Of a stretch of DNA of 64,000 bases, positions 1 through 11,792 are shown piece after piece. Position numbers and translations under genes: made by a program. Numbering within the stretch: the stretch's first letter is position 1; every line of letters starts with the position of its first letter. The notes under the pieces were generated by a model. That model was not told where the DNA came from. It did not search any database and saw only the letters and a list, made by a program, of their open reading frames with translations. The DNA comes from an uncultured Planctomycetaceae bacterium (GTDB taxonomy: Bacteria > Planctomycetota > Planctomycetia > Pirellulales > PALSA-1355): NCBI GenBank assembly GCA_963828155.1, contig CAWHDQ010000012.1, positions 162,942 to 226,941 of the forward strand. The letters run 5' to 3'.

Positions 1-1
1 C

Positions 2-1886
2 GATCCGGCCAGCCTGTGTCTCAAAGCGCCGGCCACCATCGACGTCCGCTTGCCGGCCGATGTCGTCGCCGGCTGCGAGCTGGTGGCCACCGGTGCGCTC
101 GACGAGCGGACCGGCCGCGAAGGGAGCGCGCAGCTGCGGATCGTCGCCGGCAAATGGCAGGGCACGCCGGGACTGACGCCCAATAACGTCAAGATTTCCG
201 ACGCCGGCGGACTGTGGTCATCGAACAATCAGCGGGTGGCCAACGACGAGCCGATCCTGGCCAATCCGGGCACGGCGGCTTACCGGCAGGTCGAGGCGGC
301 GCTCGACGAGTTTCGTCAGCTGTTTCCCGCGGCGCTCTGTTACACCAAGATCGTGCCGGTCGACGAGGTCGTCACGCTCACGCTGTATTACCGCGAGGAT
401 GAGAATCTCGCCCGACTGATGCTCGATCCGGCCGAAAAGGCCGAGCTCGACCGGATGTGGAGCGAGCTGCACTACCTCAGCCAGGACGCCCTGACGCTCG
501 TCGACGCGCTGGAGCAATTGATTCAGTACGCCACGCAGGATGCCGACCCCAAAGTGTTCATCCCGCTCCGCGAGCCGTTCAACCAGCGGGCGCAGGACTA
601 TCGCCAGGCGCTCGTCGAGAGCCAGCCCAAGCATCTGGCCGCGGTTTTGAAGCTGGCCACATTGGCCTACCGCCGGCCGCTCACGGCGGCCGAGACCGCG
701 GAGCTTGGCAAACTGTACGCCGATCTGCGGGCCGAGGAGCTGCCGCACGACGATGCGATCCGGCTGCTGTGGGCCCGGGTGCTGGTGGCGCCGGCGTTCC
801 TCTATCGTATCGAAAAACCGCCCGCGGGCGCGGCCCCGCAACCGGTCAACGATTGGGAGCTGGCCAGCCGGCTGAGCTATTTCCTCTGGTCGTCGCTGCC
901 CGACGCCGAGCTGCGCGAGTTGGCCGCGGCCGGCCGCCTGCACCAGCCGGACGTTTTGGCTGGGCAGTTGAAGCGGATGCTGGCCGACGAGCGGACGCGG
1001 CGGCTGGCGAGCGAGTTTGCCTGCCAGTGGCTGCACGTCCGCGACTTCGAGCATTTGGACGAAAAGAGCGAGCAGCACTTTCCCACGTTCGCCGCGCTCC
1101 GCGGTGCGATGCAGGAAGAATCGGTTCTGTTCTTCACCGATTTCTTCCAGCACAACGGCTCGGTGCTGGAGATTCTGGACGCCGACTACACCTGGCTGAA
1201 CGAGGACCTGGCCAAACACTATGCCATTCCCGGCGTGAGCGGGCCCGAGTGGCGCCGGGTCGAGCGGCGTGCGGCGGTTCGACCGGGGCGGCGTGCTGGC
1301 CCAGGCCACCACGCTGGCGACACAGTCGGGCGCGTCGCGGACCAGCCCGATCTTGCGCGGCAACTGGATCAGCGAAACGCTGCTCGGCGAGCGGCTGCCG
1401 CGTCCGCCCAAGAACGTGCCGCAGTTGCCGGCCGACGAGGCGGCCCTGGCCGGGCTGACCGTTCGCCAGCTCGTGGAAAAGCACAGCAGCGACGCCAAGT
1501 GCGCCGTCTGCCATCAGCGGATCGACGCGATGGGCTTTGCCCTGGAGGGTTTTGACGCCATCGGCCGCAAGCGCGACAAGGACCTCGGCGACCGCCCGAT
1601 CAACACCAAGGTGAAAACCATGGACGGGGCCGAGTTCGACGGGCTCGACGGCCTGCGCGGCTATTTGCTGACCGTCCGCCGCGAGGCCTTCGTGCGGCAA
1701 TTCTGCCGCAAATTGCTGGGCTATTCGCTGGGCCGCTCGGTTCAATTGTCCGACGAGCCGCTGCTGGCCGAGATGCAGGCCGGCCTGAAGGCGGGCGACT
1801 ACCGCATCGACGTGCCGCTGGAAATGATCGTCCGCAGCCGCCAATTTCGCGATATTCGCGGCCGCGAAACCGCGTATGATGATTGA
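2..1886 (+). CDS. Planctomycete DUF1595/DUF1592/DUF1588/DUF1585 (PSD/PSCyt3) protein, 5'-truncated, frameshift near 1265
   Basis: ORFs 50..1555 and 1269..1886 join. Motifs ELASRLSYFLWSSLPD, RTSPILRGNWI, heme-type CAVCH and LLGYSLGRS. Directly upstream of a DUF1552 gene. Confidence 0.9.
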
Positions 1887-1927
1887 AGTCCCCGCTGGAA
1901 CATCCTTTGCCCCGGGAACCCCACGCT

Positions 1928-3244
1928 ATGAACCGCTATCAGCTGACCCGACGCACCCTGCTCCGCGGACTGGGCGTGAGCATGGCCCTGCCCTGGCTCG
2001 AATCGCTCCGCGTCTGGGGCGATGAACCGGCCGGCGCACCATCGGCCAGCAGTCAGCCGGGCAGCCAGGCCCCGGTCCGGCTGGCGGTGCTGTTCTCGGG
2101 CAACGGCTTTCACCGCGAGTGGTGGGCCAAGGGAGAGGGCGCCGGCATGGAGCTGGGCCAGGTGCTCGCGCCGCTCAACGACCTGCGCGAGAAGATGCTC
2201 TTCATCCGCGGCCTGTACAACGAGCAGGCCACCAAGGGCAACATCCACAGCTCGCAGACCGGCAACCTGCTGTCGGGCGCGCCGTTGGCCTCGGGGGGCG
2301 AAATCCGCTCGGGCACCAGTCTCGATCAGCTCGTGGCCCAGCGCCACGGCCACATGACCAAGGTGCCGAGCCTGGTGTTGGGCTGCGAAAAGTCCAACCC
2401 CTCGGTCCACAAAAACTACTCGATGCTCTACAGCTCGCACATCTCCTGGACCTCGCCGACCACGCCCACCCCGCTGGAAATCTATCCGGCCCTGGCGTTC
2501 GATCGGCTGTTCAAGGACGGCACCGAGCGGGGCGACAAGAGCGTGCTCGACGCCGTGCTGGAAGACGCCGGCGACCTGCGCCGCCAGGTCAGCTCGACCG
2601 ACCAGCGCAAGCTGGACGAGTATCTCGATTCGGTCCGCGACGTCGAGCAGCGAATCGCCGCGGCCGGCAAGCGGGGCGAACTGCAAGGCTGGCGGCCGGC
2701 GCTTTCCGCGCCCAACATTCCCCGCCCGGCCGAAGGCATTCCGCAGGACATCGCCGACCACATGCGGCTGATGTGCGACATCCTGGTGCTCGGCTTCCAG
2801 ACCGACACCACGCGGATCTGCACGCTGAAGCTGAACAACGACCACTCGTCGCTCCGCTTCCCGAACCTGAACGTGGATTACATGATCCACCACCTGCTCT
2901 CGCACTCCGACACGGCCGACTGGCTGAAGGTCAACCAGTTCTTCCTGGAGCAAGTTGGTTACATCGCCCGCAAGTTGGATGGCATCCAGGAAGGCGAACG
3001 CACGGCCCTCGACAATTCGATGCTGCTGTACTGCTCCAGCATGCTCAACGGCAACCACGACAACTCGCAATTGCCGGTCGTAATGTTGGGCCGCGGCGGC
3101 GGCAGAATTCAAACGGGCCGGGTGCTGGAATACAACGGCAAGCCGAATCGCCAGATGTGCCGGCTGTACCTATCGATGCTCGACAAGCTCGACGTGCACC
3201 TCGACAAGTTCGGCGACGCCAGCGAGCCGCTGGCCGAAGTGTAG
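1928..3244 (+). CDS. DUF1552 (HXXSHH-type) protein with Tat-like signal
   Basis: LTRRTLLRGLGVSMALPWLES N-terminus, HHLLSH motif, usual partner of DUF1592 genes. Confidence 0.9.
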   Translation: MNRYQLTRRTLLRGLGVSMALPWLESLRVWGDEPAGAPSASSQPGSQAPVRLAVLFSGNGFHREWWAKGEGAGMELGQVLAPLNDLREKMLFIRGLYNEQATKGNIHSSQTGNLLSGAPLASGGEIRSGTSLDQLVAQRHGHMTKVPSLVLGCEKSNPSVHKNYSMLYSSHISWTSPTTPTPLEIYPALAFDRLFKDGTERGDKSVLDAVLEDAGDLRRQVSSTDQRKLDEYLDSVRDVEQRIAAAGKRGELQGWRPALSAPNIPRPAEGIPQDIADHMRLMCDILVLGFQTDTTRICTLKLNNDHSSLRFPNLNVDYMIHHLLSHSDTADWLKVNQFFLEQVGYIARKLDGIQEGERTALDNSMLLYCSSMLNGNHDNSQLPVVMLGRGGGRIQTGRVLEYNGKPNRQMCRLYLSMLDKLDVHLDKFGDASEPLAEV

Positions 3245-3305
3245 CGCGGCACGAGGTGTCGCCGCGCGCATTCGCTCGAACTCAAGTGTCCGTTCTAGCC
3301 GGGGC

Positions 3306-5166
3306 TCAACGAGCCCCAGGCCCTGCGCCGCGCCGCACCAACTCCTCCAGCGTGAAATCCGAAAACCACGCCGGCCCCCCTTCGGCCGTCAGCACGAACT
3401 GAGCGGCTTCTGCCGGCGCAGTTTCGCTCCTGCCACCGCCTTCCAACGGCACCGCCCCGACCAGCCGCTCGTCGACCAGCACGAACCAGCCCCGGCTTTG
3501 TCTCTCCAGCTGCACCGCGTGCAGCGGGCCGGCGTCGGCCGAATGCGCGAGCGCCGCGGTCGCGCGCAGGCTCGGCCCCCTCGCCGGCGCGACTCCCGAG
3601 CGTACTTCGCTGGCTGTCGATCCGCACGACGTGCTCGGCATCCTGGCCCGGCTGGCCGGCGCCAAATTGCAGTTCGACGGCCGCGGCCGAGTGGATGTCG
3701 ACGAAGAACGTCAGGCGATAATGTTCGACCGGCTGCGGCACTTCCGCGTCTTGGCCCAGGGCCAGCGGATGCCGGACGGCGCCGCGGCCTTGAAGCACGA
3801 TCGCCCCTTCCTTGTTCTGGGCCGGATTCCAGCCGCCCGAGAGCACGGTCCAGCCGTCGAGGTTGCGGCCGTTGAACAGCGGCTCGGTTCGGCCCGACTC
3901 GACCAGGTCGCGCCGGCCGGGATCGTCTCGTCGCACCAGCCCGCCGATCAGCGCCAGAACGAGCGCCAGCCCGATCAGGGCCAGGCAGAACTGGTTGGTC
4001 CGGCCGCGCAGCCAGGAAGGCCGCTGCGGCGGCGAATCGGTTCGGATCGTAGCGGTCGGAGCCGAGGCGGCGGCCGGCAGATAATCGATCGTCGCCGGGC
4101 CGGCATCGGCCGGATTCCGTGCGGTATTCAGCCCGTCGATCCGCTTGAGCAGCGCGGCGTAATCGGCAATTCGCCGCTCGGGATCGGGCGCCATCATCGC
4201 GGCCACCAGCTCGGCCGACGCGGGCGAGATGCCGGGCCGTGCGACAGTCAGCGATTCGTCGCCGCCGGCGAGCCGCTGGGCGATGATCTGCGCGGTCGTG
4301 CGACCGGCCAGCGGCGGCTTGCCCGAGAGCAGGTGAAACGCCGTGGCCCCGAGCGAAAAAATGTCGCTCCGGGCGTCGACCGCTTCGCCCCGCAGTTGCT
4401 CGGGCGACATGTAGTTAAGCGTGCCGACGGTCGCGCCGGTCGTGGTCAGCCGGGCGTCCTCGGCCGCTTCGACCAGCCGGGCCAGGCCGAAGTCGGCCAC
4501 CTTGACCAGCGGCATCCCGGCCGGCAGCGGGAACCCGGCCGGGGCCTCGACCGCCAGCAGAGTTCGCCGGCTTGATGTCGCGATGGACGATCCCCTGCCC
4601 CGCCGCGTGGGCCAGCCCGGCCGCCGCTTGCCGCACCAAGCACCAGGCGGTTGGCTCATCGAGCCGGCCGCGGCGGCTCACCAGCCGCTGCACGCTTTCG
4701 CCGGCGACCAGCTCCATCGCGAAATACATCCGTCCAGCGTGCCGGCCAAAATCGTAGGCGGCGATGATATTCGGATGCGCGAGCCGCGCGACGGACTGGG
4801 CCTCGAGCTCGAACCGCTGCAAGGCCGACGCATCGGCCAATTGCGTGATCAGCACCGTCTTGAGCGCCACCGCCCGGTTGAGGCGCGAGCTGCCGGGCCC
4901 GATACACCACGCCCATGCCCCCCTGCCCCAAGCAGGCCAAGAATCTCGTAGCCCGGTATCGCCTCGGTCGGCCGCAGCAAGGTCTCGACGATATCGACCT
5001 GGGCCGGGCTCAACAGGCCCAGCGTCAGGGCCGCCTGGCTGGGCGGCGATTGCCGGGCCGCCGCCGCGGTGGCGATCTCGTCGACCTGGGCCGGCGTGAG
5101 CAGATCGAGCGCAGCCGCTACCGTCAGAAAATCGCCGCTGGGCTCCGGTGCGCGGGGGCTCGTCAT
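3306..5166 (-). CDS. Membrane Ser/Thr protein kinase with C-terminal DUF1080-like domain, several frameshifts
   Basis: GQGGMGVVYRA, ALK, HRDIKPAN, DFGLA and GTLNYMSPE spread over ORFs 4849..5166, 4656..4940, 4415..4870 and 3295..4659. A TM helix is followed by PLFNGRNLDGW; C-terminus in 3306..3665. Confidence 0.85.
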
Positions 5167-5199
5167 GGCGGCGGCGAAGCGCTCATCGCGGGAATGGAA

Positions 5200-5965
5200 C
5201 TACTCGGGCTGGCTCGCCGGCGCCGCCGGTTCGGGCGACTCGGCCGCGAGCGCGTCGAGCTGCTCCAGGATCGATTGCACGCTCGGTCGATCGGCGGGCG
5301 TGGCCCCGACGTAGGCAAACCGCAGCCGGCCCTGCTTATCGAGGATGTAGGTCGACGGCTTGGCCAGATCGGCCCGAATGCCCAATTGGTCGACCGCCCG
5401 CAGCTCGACGTCGAGCACCAGGGGAAAAGGAGTTTCGGCCTTGCTCTCGCGGCGGACGATCCGCTCGAAGTCCTGCACGCTGCCGCGGTCGGCCGCGGCC
5501 CCGACCGGATAGACGAGCACGACTTCGGCCTCGCGGCGGGCGATGTCCGGATAATTGGCGATCAGCCGCGAGGTTTGCGTGGCGCAGTACAGGCAGATGT
5601 TGCCCTCGTAGGCGCTTGGCCGCGGTGCGGGTCGTATTGCCCCGCGTAATCACCAGCACGACGTGCTTGCGGCCGAGATACTCCGTCAAATCGACCGCGC
5701 TGCCGGCCGGGTCGACGAATTGCAATCGGCCGACCTGCTGCCCGCTGAGCTGGCGATCGAGCGGCACGTTCGATTGGGCATGATCGACGAAGGCCAGCCG
5801 GTTGCCGGCGAAATAGTACGGATCTGGAGCGAACACCCGGCCATAGATGAACCAGCCCGAGCCGGCCAGGGCGGCCAGCGCCACGACGACTTTGACGAGG
5901 TCACGGGCGCGCGCGAGGAGAGCCCTTTGCGGCTGGCGGACGGATGCGTCGGGCGGCGTGGTCAT
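5200..5965 (-). CDS. Membrane-anchored AhpC/TSA/redoxin-family protein, frameshifted
   Basis: N-terminal TM helix, VDLTEYLGRKHVVLVITRG, CLYC (CxxC) readable on the - strand near 5585-5597, PSTYILDKQGRLRFAYVG...DRP. Confidence 0.8.
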
Positions 5966-6222
5966 GCACCAAACTCCTCGCGCAGCGGGAACAGTGCCTC
6001 TTTCTCGCGCGGCGGCGGATTATGCCCTCGGCACAGTTTACCGTGCTTCGCCAGGCGGGCCAAACGGACGCGGCCTCGCGCTTGGCGTCCCTTCGTTCGC
6101 CAGAACCGGCACAGATTATGGCCGCGTGGTTTGCCCCTGGGGCCAGCGGGAGGCATGCTTTCTCCAGCGGCTCCCGCCGCTGCATGGTTCCCGCGCACGT
6201 CGCTCCCATGGATCGCCCCGCT

Positions 6223-6575
6223 ATGCCAAGAATCTGTTTCGCGCTGGGTTTGATTTGTCTGGCAGGGACTGGGAACTGCCCGGGCCGAAGATGTTCCGCC
6301 TGGGGTTTCGGTGACCCGCCGGCCCCCGTGCCGGCCCCAGCGCCGGCCGCGGCTTGCGTGGTGCGGATGCCGACCGCGATTCCCAAGCTGCCCACGCCCA
6401 TCTATTCACCCTCGGGCGATGCGGTGGTGGCCTGGCCGGGCGAGCTCGACGTGCTGGGCCGGCGGCGCTCGCCGCGACGGGCACCCTATCAGCGGATCTA
6501 TGCGCCAACTATGGGCTGACGCACGGCTGGGGCGTGCCCGGCGGCCGCTGGGATCCCTCGCAAGCCCGCGACTGA
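6223..6575 (+). CDS. Possible small secreted hypothetical protein, frameshifted
   Basis: Signal-like MPRICFALGLICLAG start and Pro-rich body. The reading frame is uncertain. Confidence 0.3.
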
Positions 6576-6719
6576 GCGGCGGCGTGACAGTCCGGCTCGC
6601 GCGACATGCATTTCGCAGCCGTGCCCTGTCGTGCCGCCAATGCTCCCCGCGCGGCCTGCGGTCGGGTATGCTCAAGGGCCGACGCGTCTTCCCGCCCGTT
6701 GCCCCGCCGGAGACGGCCC

Positions 6720-8094
6720 ATGCCCGCCCGATCGTTCGCCCTCGCCCGTCGCAAAGTTCGCCTCGTGAATAGCTCCGTCTTCGCCCTCGCCGTGGCGGGA
6801 TTGGTCGCCTCCGCACTGGCCGAGGAGCTGAAACCCAGCTCGGTCGAAGAGCTGCAGGCCGCCACGTCCGATTGGCCCTGGTGGCGCGGGCCGCAGCGCA
6901 ACGGCATCGCCGCGGCCGATCAAAGCCCGCCGCTGCACTGGAGCGAAAGCGAAAACGTCGTCTGGAAGGCCGAAGTCCCCGGCCGCGGCCATTCGTCGCC
7001 GACGGTCGTCGGCTCACGGGTCTTCTTGACCACGGCCGACGAGCAGGCCGAAACCCAGTCGGTGCTGTGCTACGACCGCGCCACGGGCAAGCTGCTCTGG
7101 AACACCCCGGTCCATCGCGGCAAGCTCGACCGCAAGGGGAACAAGAAAACGACGCAGGCTTCGGCCTCGGTCGCTTGCGACGGGCAGCGGCTGTTCGTCA
7201 ATTTTCTCAACGACGGGGCGGTGCGAACCTCGGCCCTCGATCTCGATGGCAAAGTCCTCTGGACGACCAAAGTCTCCGACTTCGTCACCCATCAGGGCTT
7301 CGGGGCTTCGCCGGCCTTGTACCGCAACCTGGTGATCGTCTCGGCCGACAATCGCGGCGGCGGCGTGCTGGCCGCGCTCGATCGCGAGTCGGGCAAGGTC
7401 GTCTGGAGCGACAAGCGGCCGGCGAAGGACAATTACACTTCGCCGGTGATCCTTTCGATCGGCGGCAAGGATCAGCTGCTTCTCTCGGGCTGCGATCTGG
7501 CTTCGGGCTTCGATCCGCTGACCGGCGAGCGGCTGTGGGAAACCGAGGGGGCCACCACCGAGTGCGTCACCACGATGGTCACCGACGGCCGGCTGGTGTT
7601 CGTCAGCGGCGGCTATCCGCGCAATCACACCGAAGCGATCCTGGCCGACGGCTCGGCCAAGATCGTCTGGCAGAACAACACTCGGGTGTATGTGCCCTCG
7701 ATGCTGGTCCACGACGGCTACTTGTACGCCGTGACCGACGCGGGGGCCGCGGTCTGCTGGACGCAGCGAAGACGGCAGCGAGCAGTGGAAGGCCCGGCTG
7801 GGGGGCACGTTCGACGCCTCGCTCACCCTGGCCGGCGAGCACCTGTTCGCCACCAATGAGGCCGGTAAGACGTTCGTCTTCAAGGCCGATCCGCACAAGT
7901 TCGAGCTCGTGGCCGAGAACCAACTGGGGGACGAGGTCTACGCCACACCCACGATCTGCGGCAGCCGGATCTACTACCGCGGCGCCTTCCAGGCCGCCGG
8001 CGGCCGGCAGGAGATGCTCTATTGCCTGGGCCGAGCGAAGGCGGATGCGGCGCGCCTGAGCGAGCGCGTTCACCCACGGCGGCGCGATCGCTAA
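6720..8094 (+). CDS. PQQ-binding-like beta-propeller (BamB-like) protein, frameshift near 7770
   Basis: DWPWWRGP, WKAEVPGRGHSSP and repeated G..W blades. C-terminus ENQLGDEVYATP in ORF 7909..8094. Confidence 0.88.
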
Positions 8095-8116
8095 GCGTCG
8101 ATCGGGCACTCCGCCA

Positions 8117-9092
8117 CTAACACGTCTCTACTCCGGCGCCTTTTGGGCCTTCCGGGCCGCGAGTTCCTGCTCGCGTAATGCGCCGCGACTCATCCGGCGG
8201 AAGGTCTTGCCACGACGCCCAGCGTTTGATGTCTTCTTTAGCTTCGTTCGCGTTCTCACCGTGCACTTCGAGCCACGCGACCAATCTCTGCCAATCGCCT
8301 CGCGAAGCTGGGGGGATGCCGGTTTCCCGGGTCTCGTGCGAAACAACGATGTGAATCAGTCGAGCATTGCCGTGCGACATGTTGATCTCGGGGTCTGCCC
8401 CATTCTGGAGCAATAGCAGCGCAATGTCGTACTGCGACAGGAATGCCACCGCCTCCATGGGCGGCGTGAATCCCGAGCCGTTCTTGTGATTAAGATCAAC
8501 GCCCTTGTCGATGAGCTTTTGCACGCGCTCCCGCCTGTCGCCGGCACCCGCCGCCCGGATTGCCAAGAAGAGCGGGGTGTCATTGCCTAGACCCGTGATG
8601 CCGCGATCCACGAGATTGGGATCGCCGCCATGATCGAAGACCAGATCGAAGTATTCCTTGAAGTTGGTCTTGGCGGCCATATGCGTCACCGCCATTCCCG
8701 GGTGAATCGACTGCCGCGTGTTGAAGTCGCTCTCGACAAGCACGTTCGGGTCTGCGCCGGCCTCTAATAATGCCTTGAAACGATCGGGTTTGTCATCCGG
8801 GTACGCCCAGAGCAAGGGCGTCATGTTGTCCTTGCCCCGCTCGTTGACGTTTGCACCGGCAGCGATCAGTCGCGACATTTCTCGGAGGTCGTCGGCCTCA
8901 ATTGCGCGGCAGAGGGCAATGACCTTGGGGTCGGTGAAGTAGTCTTGTGCCCGCCAACCGCACGTCGTGTGCCACGAAGGACGACCCGCCGATGCCAGCG
9001 ACCTTGCCGCAGCCGCAGAGAGCCAACACGATGAGTGCGCCTCCGAAAGCATCCAACGCAAGGAGACCGGCTCGGATGTGTTTGTGTTTCAT
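8117..9092 (-). CDS. Ankyrin-repeat lipoprotein, frameshift near 8970
   Basis: Lipobox-like LALCGC in ORF 8898..9119. Ankyrin motifs GANVN..MTPLLWA, GADPN and TPLFLA in ORF 8117..9061. Confidence 0.8.
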
Positions 9093-9137
9093 AGCCGCTG
9101 GCAAAGTTATTGAGAGCACTTCGCTATCCGGCCAATC

Positions 9138-9186
9138 ACGCCAGAATCTCGCGGATCGGCTTGCCGTGGTCGATGTCGAGCCGCTT
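9138..9186. repeat. 49-bp perfect direct repeat, copy 1 (duplicate of the DUF1501 3' end)
   Basis: acgccagaatctcgcggatcggcttgccgtggtcgatgtcgagccgctt is identical to 10293..10341. Confidence 0.97.
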
Positions 9187-9228
9187 CTCAGGCTCGGCCA
9201 AACGCGTCAACCGCGAGATCCCTCGTTG

Positions 9229-10198
9229 TTACTCAATCTGCACCCGGCACTCGGGATGACGCTCTCTCGAATGCTCGCGCTGCTGCTTTGGTGACGCGCG
9301 TCTCGCGAAAATCAAGGTGCGTTAGGTCGGGCGGAATCTGAAGCCGCTCCAGGCCTTCGTCGGTCGCTCGCGTGCGACTCATATCCAGAATGCCGAGCCC
9401 CGTCAGAAACTGAATATGCGCGAGTGACGCGTCCGTAACCTCGGTTCCATCTAACTCTAAGTGTGCCAATTTTACCAGCGGTTGGAGCAACCGCACGCCC
9501 TCATCGGTGATGCGTGTGTTCTGCAGCTGCAACATTTCCAGCTGCTCGCAGAATCGGACGTGCGCCACCCCCCGCGTCCGTTAGCGGCGTGTCGTTGAGA
9601 CACAGGGCTGTCAGCCCTTTCATTTGTCGCAAAGCCCGCAGCCCATCACCCGTCAGTTTCGTGCCATCGAGCGAGAGAGACTCAAGTTCATGGAGCTCGC
9701 GCAGGTGCCGCAGCCCATCATCGGTTATGGCGGTCCGACTAAGGATCAAGACATGAAGTTGCTGCATGCCTCTCAAGTTGACGAGCATTTCATCCAACAG
9801 ATTTGTGTCAATGATCTCCAACCACTCCAGGTTCTTGAGCACCCAGTGTGCGCGAACGCGCGATTTGTCAAAGGGGTTCTCTCGATCTTCAGCCCCTTTA
9901 ACTGAGGCAGTTCGTCCAAGCGCGACAACGCCTCTCGTAGCGCAGGGTTCAGATACCCGCACGCGACCAACAAGACGCTCGAGCGGAGTGAGATCATCTC
10001 CCAGAAGCCACCGGCGGCGGTGCGGTTGCGCTTCGGGGCTCGCACTCGAAATACCATGAAGCTACTATCGAACAATTCATGCTGCTCACGAATTCGCCGA
10101 CGCTCGTTAACCACCCAGCCCGTAACGACACAGGCGAGCAGCGTTAGCATCAGCAGCCCGCGGAGGCTGAATTGCAGCCGAGGGAAGGCGGCCGCCAT
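9229..10198 (-). CDS. Leucine-rich-repeat protein with N-terminal 'QFSLRGLL' TM leader, frameshifted
   Basis: Leader MAAAFPRLQFSLRGLLMLTLLACVVTGWV. LRR units such as LxLSRTAITDDGL and LxLDGTEVTDASL. Probable true end RHPECRVQIE* with stop at 9229-9231. Confidence 0.85.
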
Positions 10199-10290
10199 GA
10201 TCGGCTCCCGATCCGCCGGTCCGAACGACGCAGCCGAATCGCACGGGGCGAGTTCCTGGCGCGCCTATTGCGGTTCTTCTCGTCCGATTC

Positions 10291-11781
10291 CTACGCCAGA
10301 ATCTCGCGGATCGGCTTGCCGTGGTCGATGTCGAGCCGCTTGCGGCCGGGGATTTCCAGCCGCCGCGAGTCGAGCCCGAGTTGCTGGAGGATCGTGGCGT
10401 GGACGTCGGTCACGTAGTGGCGGTTCTCGACGGCGTGGAAGCCGATCTCGTCGGTCGCCCCATGGACGATGCCGCCTTTGATCCCGCCGCCGGCCATCCA
10501 GACCGAGAAGCCGTAGATGTGATGGTCGCGGCCGTCGCTGCCTTGCGTGCCCGGCGTGCGGCCGAACTCGCTGGCGAATAGCACGATCGTCTCGTCGAGC
10601 AAGCCCCGCCGCTTCAGGTCGGCCACCAGCCCGGCGATCGGCTTGTCGACGGCCTGGAAATTCTTTTCGTGGTTGGCCTTCAGCCCGCTGTGGGCGTCCC
10701 ACACTCCGGCCCCGCCCGCCCCGTGCTGCACCTGGATGAATCGCACGCCCCGCTCGACGAACCGCCGGACGGCGAGCATCTGCATGGCCGAAATCGCGGG
10801 TGGCCGGATCGTCGAGCCCGTAGAGCTTTTTCGGTCTCCGCCGTTTCGGATTTCAGATCCAGCACCTCGGGCACCGACGTCTGCATGCGGAAGGCCAGCT
10901 CGTAGGCCTTGATCCGGGCGGCCAGGGCCGGATCGTCGGGATACTCGACGGCCTTCAGCCGGTTCAAGCCCGCGGTCAGATCGAAGTCGGCCCGCTGTTC
11001 GTCGGCGTTCAGCCCGGCGGCCGATTTGCCGAACTCGAGCGGGTTGGCCGGATCGATCCGGATCGGCACCGCGTCGTGCTCGGGCCCCAGGTAGTGGCCG
11101 TCGCGGGCGTTCCAGTATTCACGATTGCCCAGCGAGATGAACTGCGGCAAGTTGTCGTTCAGGCTGCCCAGCCCGTAATGGACCCAGGCCCCCAAGGTGG
11201 GAAACTCGCCGTCGAGCATGTGCCGGCCGGAGTGGAACTGGGTCTGGGCACCGTGGTTGTCGTCGGTGGTCCACATGCTGCGGATGATCGCCAGGTTGTC
11301 GACCTGGCCGGCCATGTGCGGCAGCCAATCGCTGAGCTCGATGCCGGCCTGGCCGTGTTTCTTGAAGCCGACCTGGAGCGGATAGATCACGTTCCGCTGC
11401 TGGCCGTTGGCGTCGTTGACCACGGCCACGCGGGCCAGCTTGAGCTTGTCCGGGTCCTGGGCCGATTTGTAGGGGGTCTCGGCGATCGACTTGCCGGCGT
11501 ATTTGGTCAGCTCCGGCTTGGGATCGAAGCTTTCCATGTGCGACACGCCGCCGTTCATGAACAGCCAGATCACGTTTTTGGCCTTCGGCGCGAAGTGCGG
11601 CCGGCCGTCGGGCGGCTGCCAGGCGCCGGCTTCGTCGGCCCGCAGGACGCCGTCGCGGGCGAGCATGGCCCCCAGCGCCAGGCCGGTGAAGCCGAGGCCG
11701 AAGTCGGCCAGGAACGCCCGGCGATGGACGCCGCGCGGCGAAGTTCCGCGGCGGATCTGACAGTCGGCAATCCCGCGGCAT
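10291..11781 (-). CDS. DUF1501 domain protein, frameshifted
   Basis: [45 protein letters not shown] and GGGIKGG across ORFs 10680..11666 and 10291..10785. Confidence 0.92.
10293..10341. repeat. 49-bp perfect direct repeat, copy 2 (inside the DUF1501 3' end)
   Basis: Identical to 9138..9186; encodes [16 protein letters not shown] on the - strand. Confidence 0.97.
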
Positions 11782-11792
11782 GGCAGCGCTCC

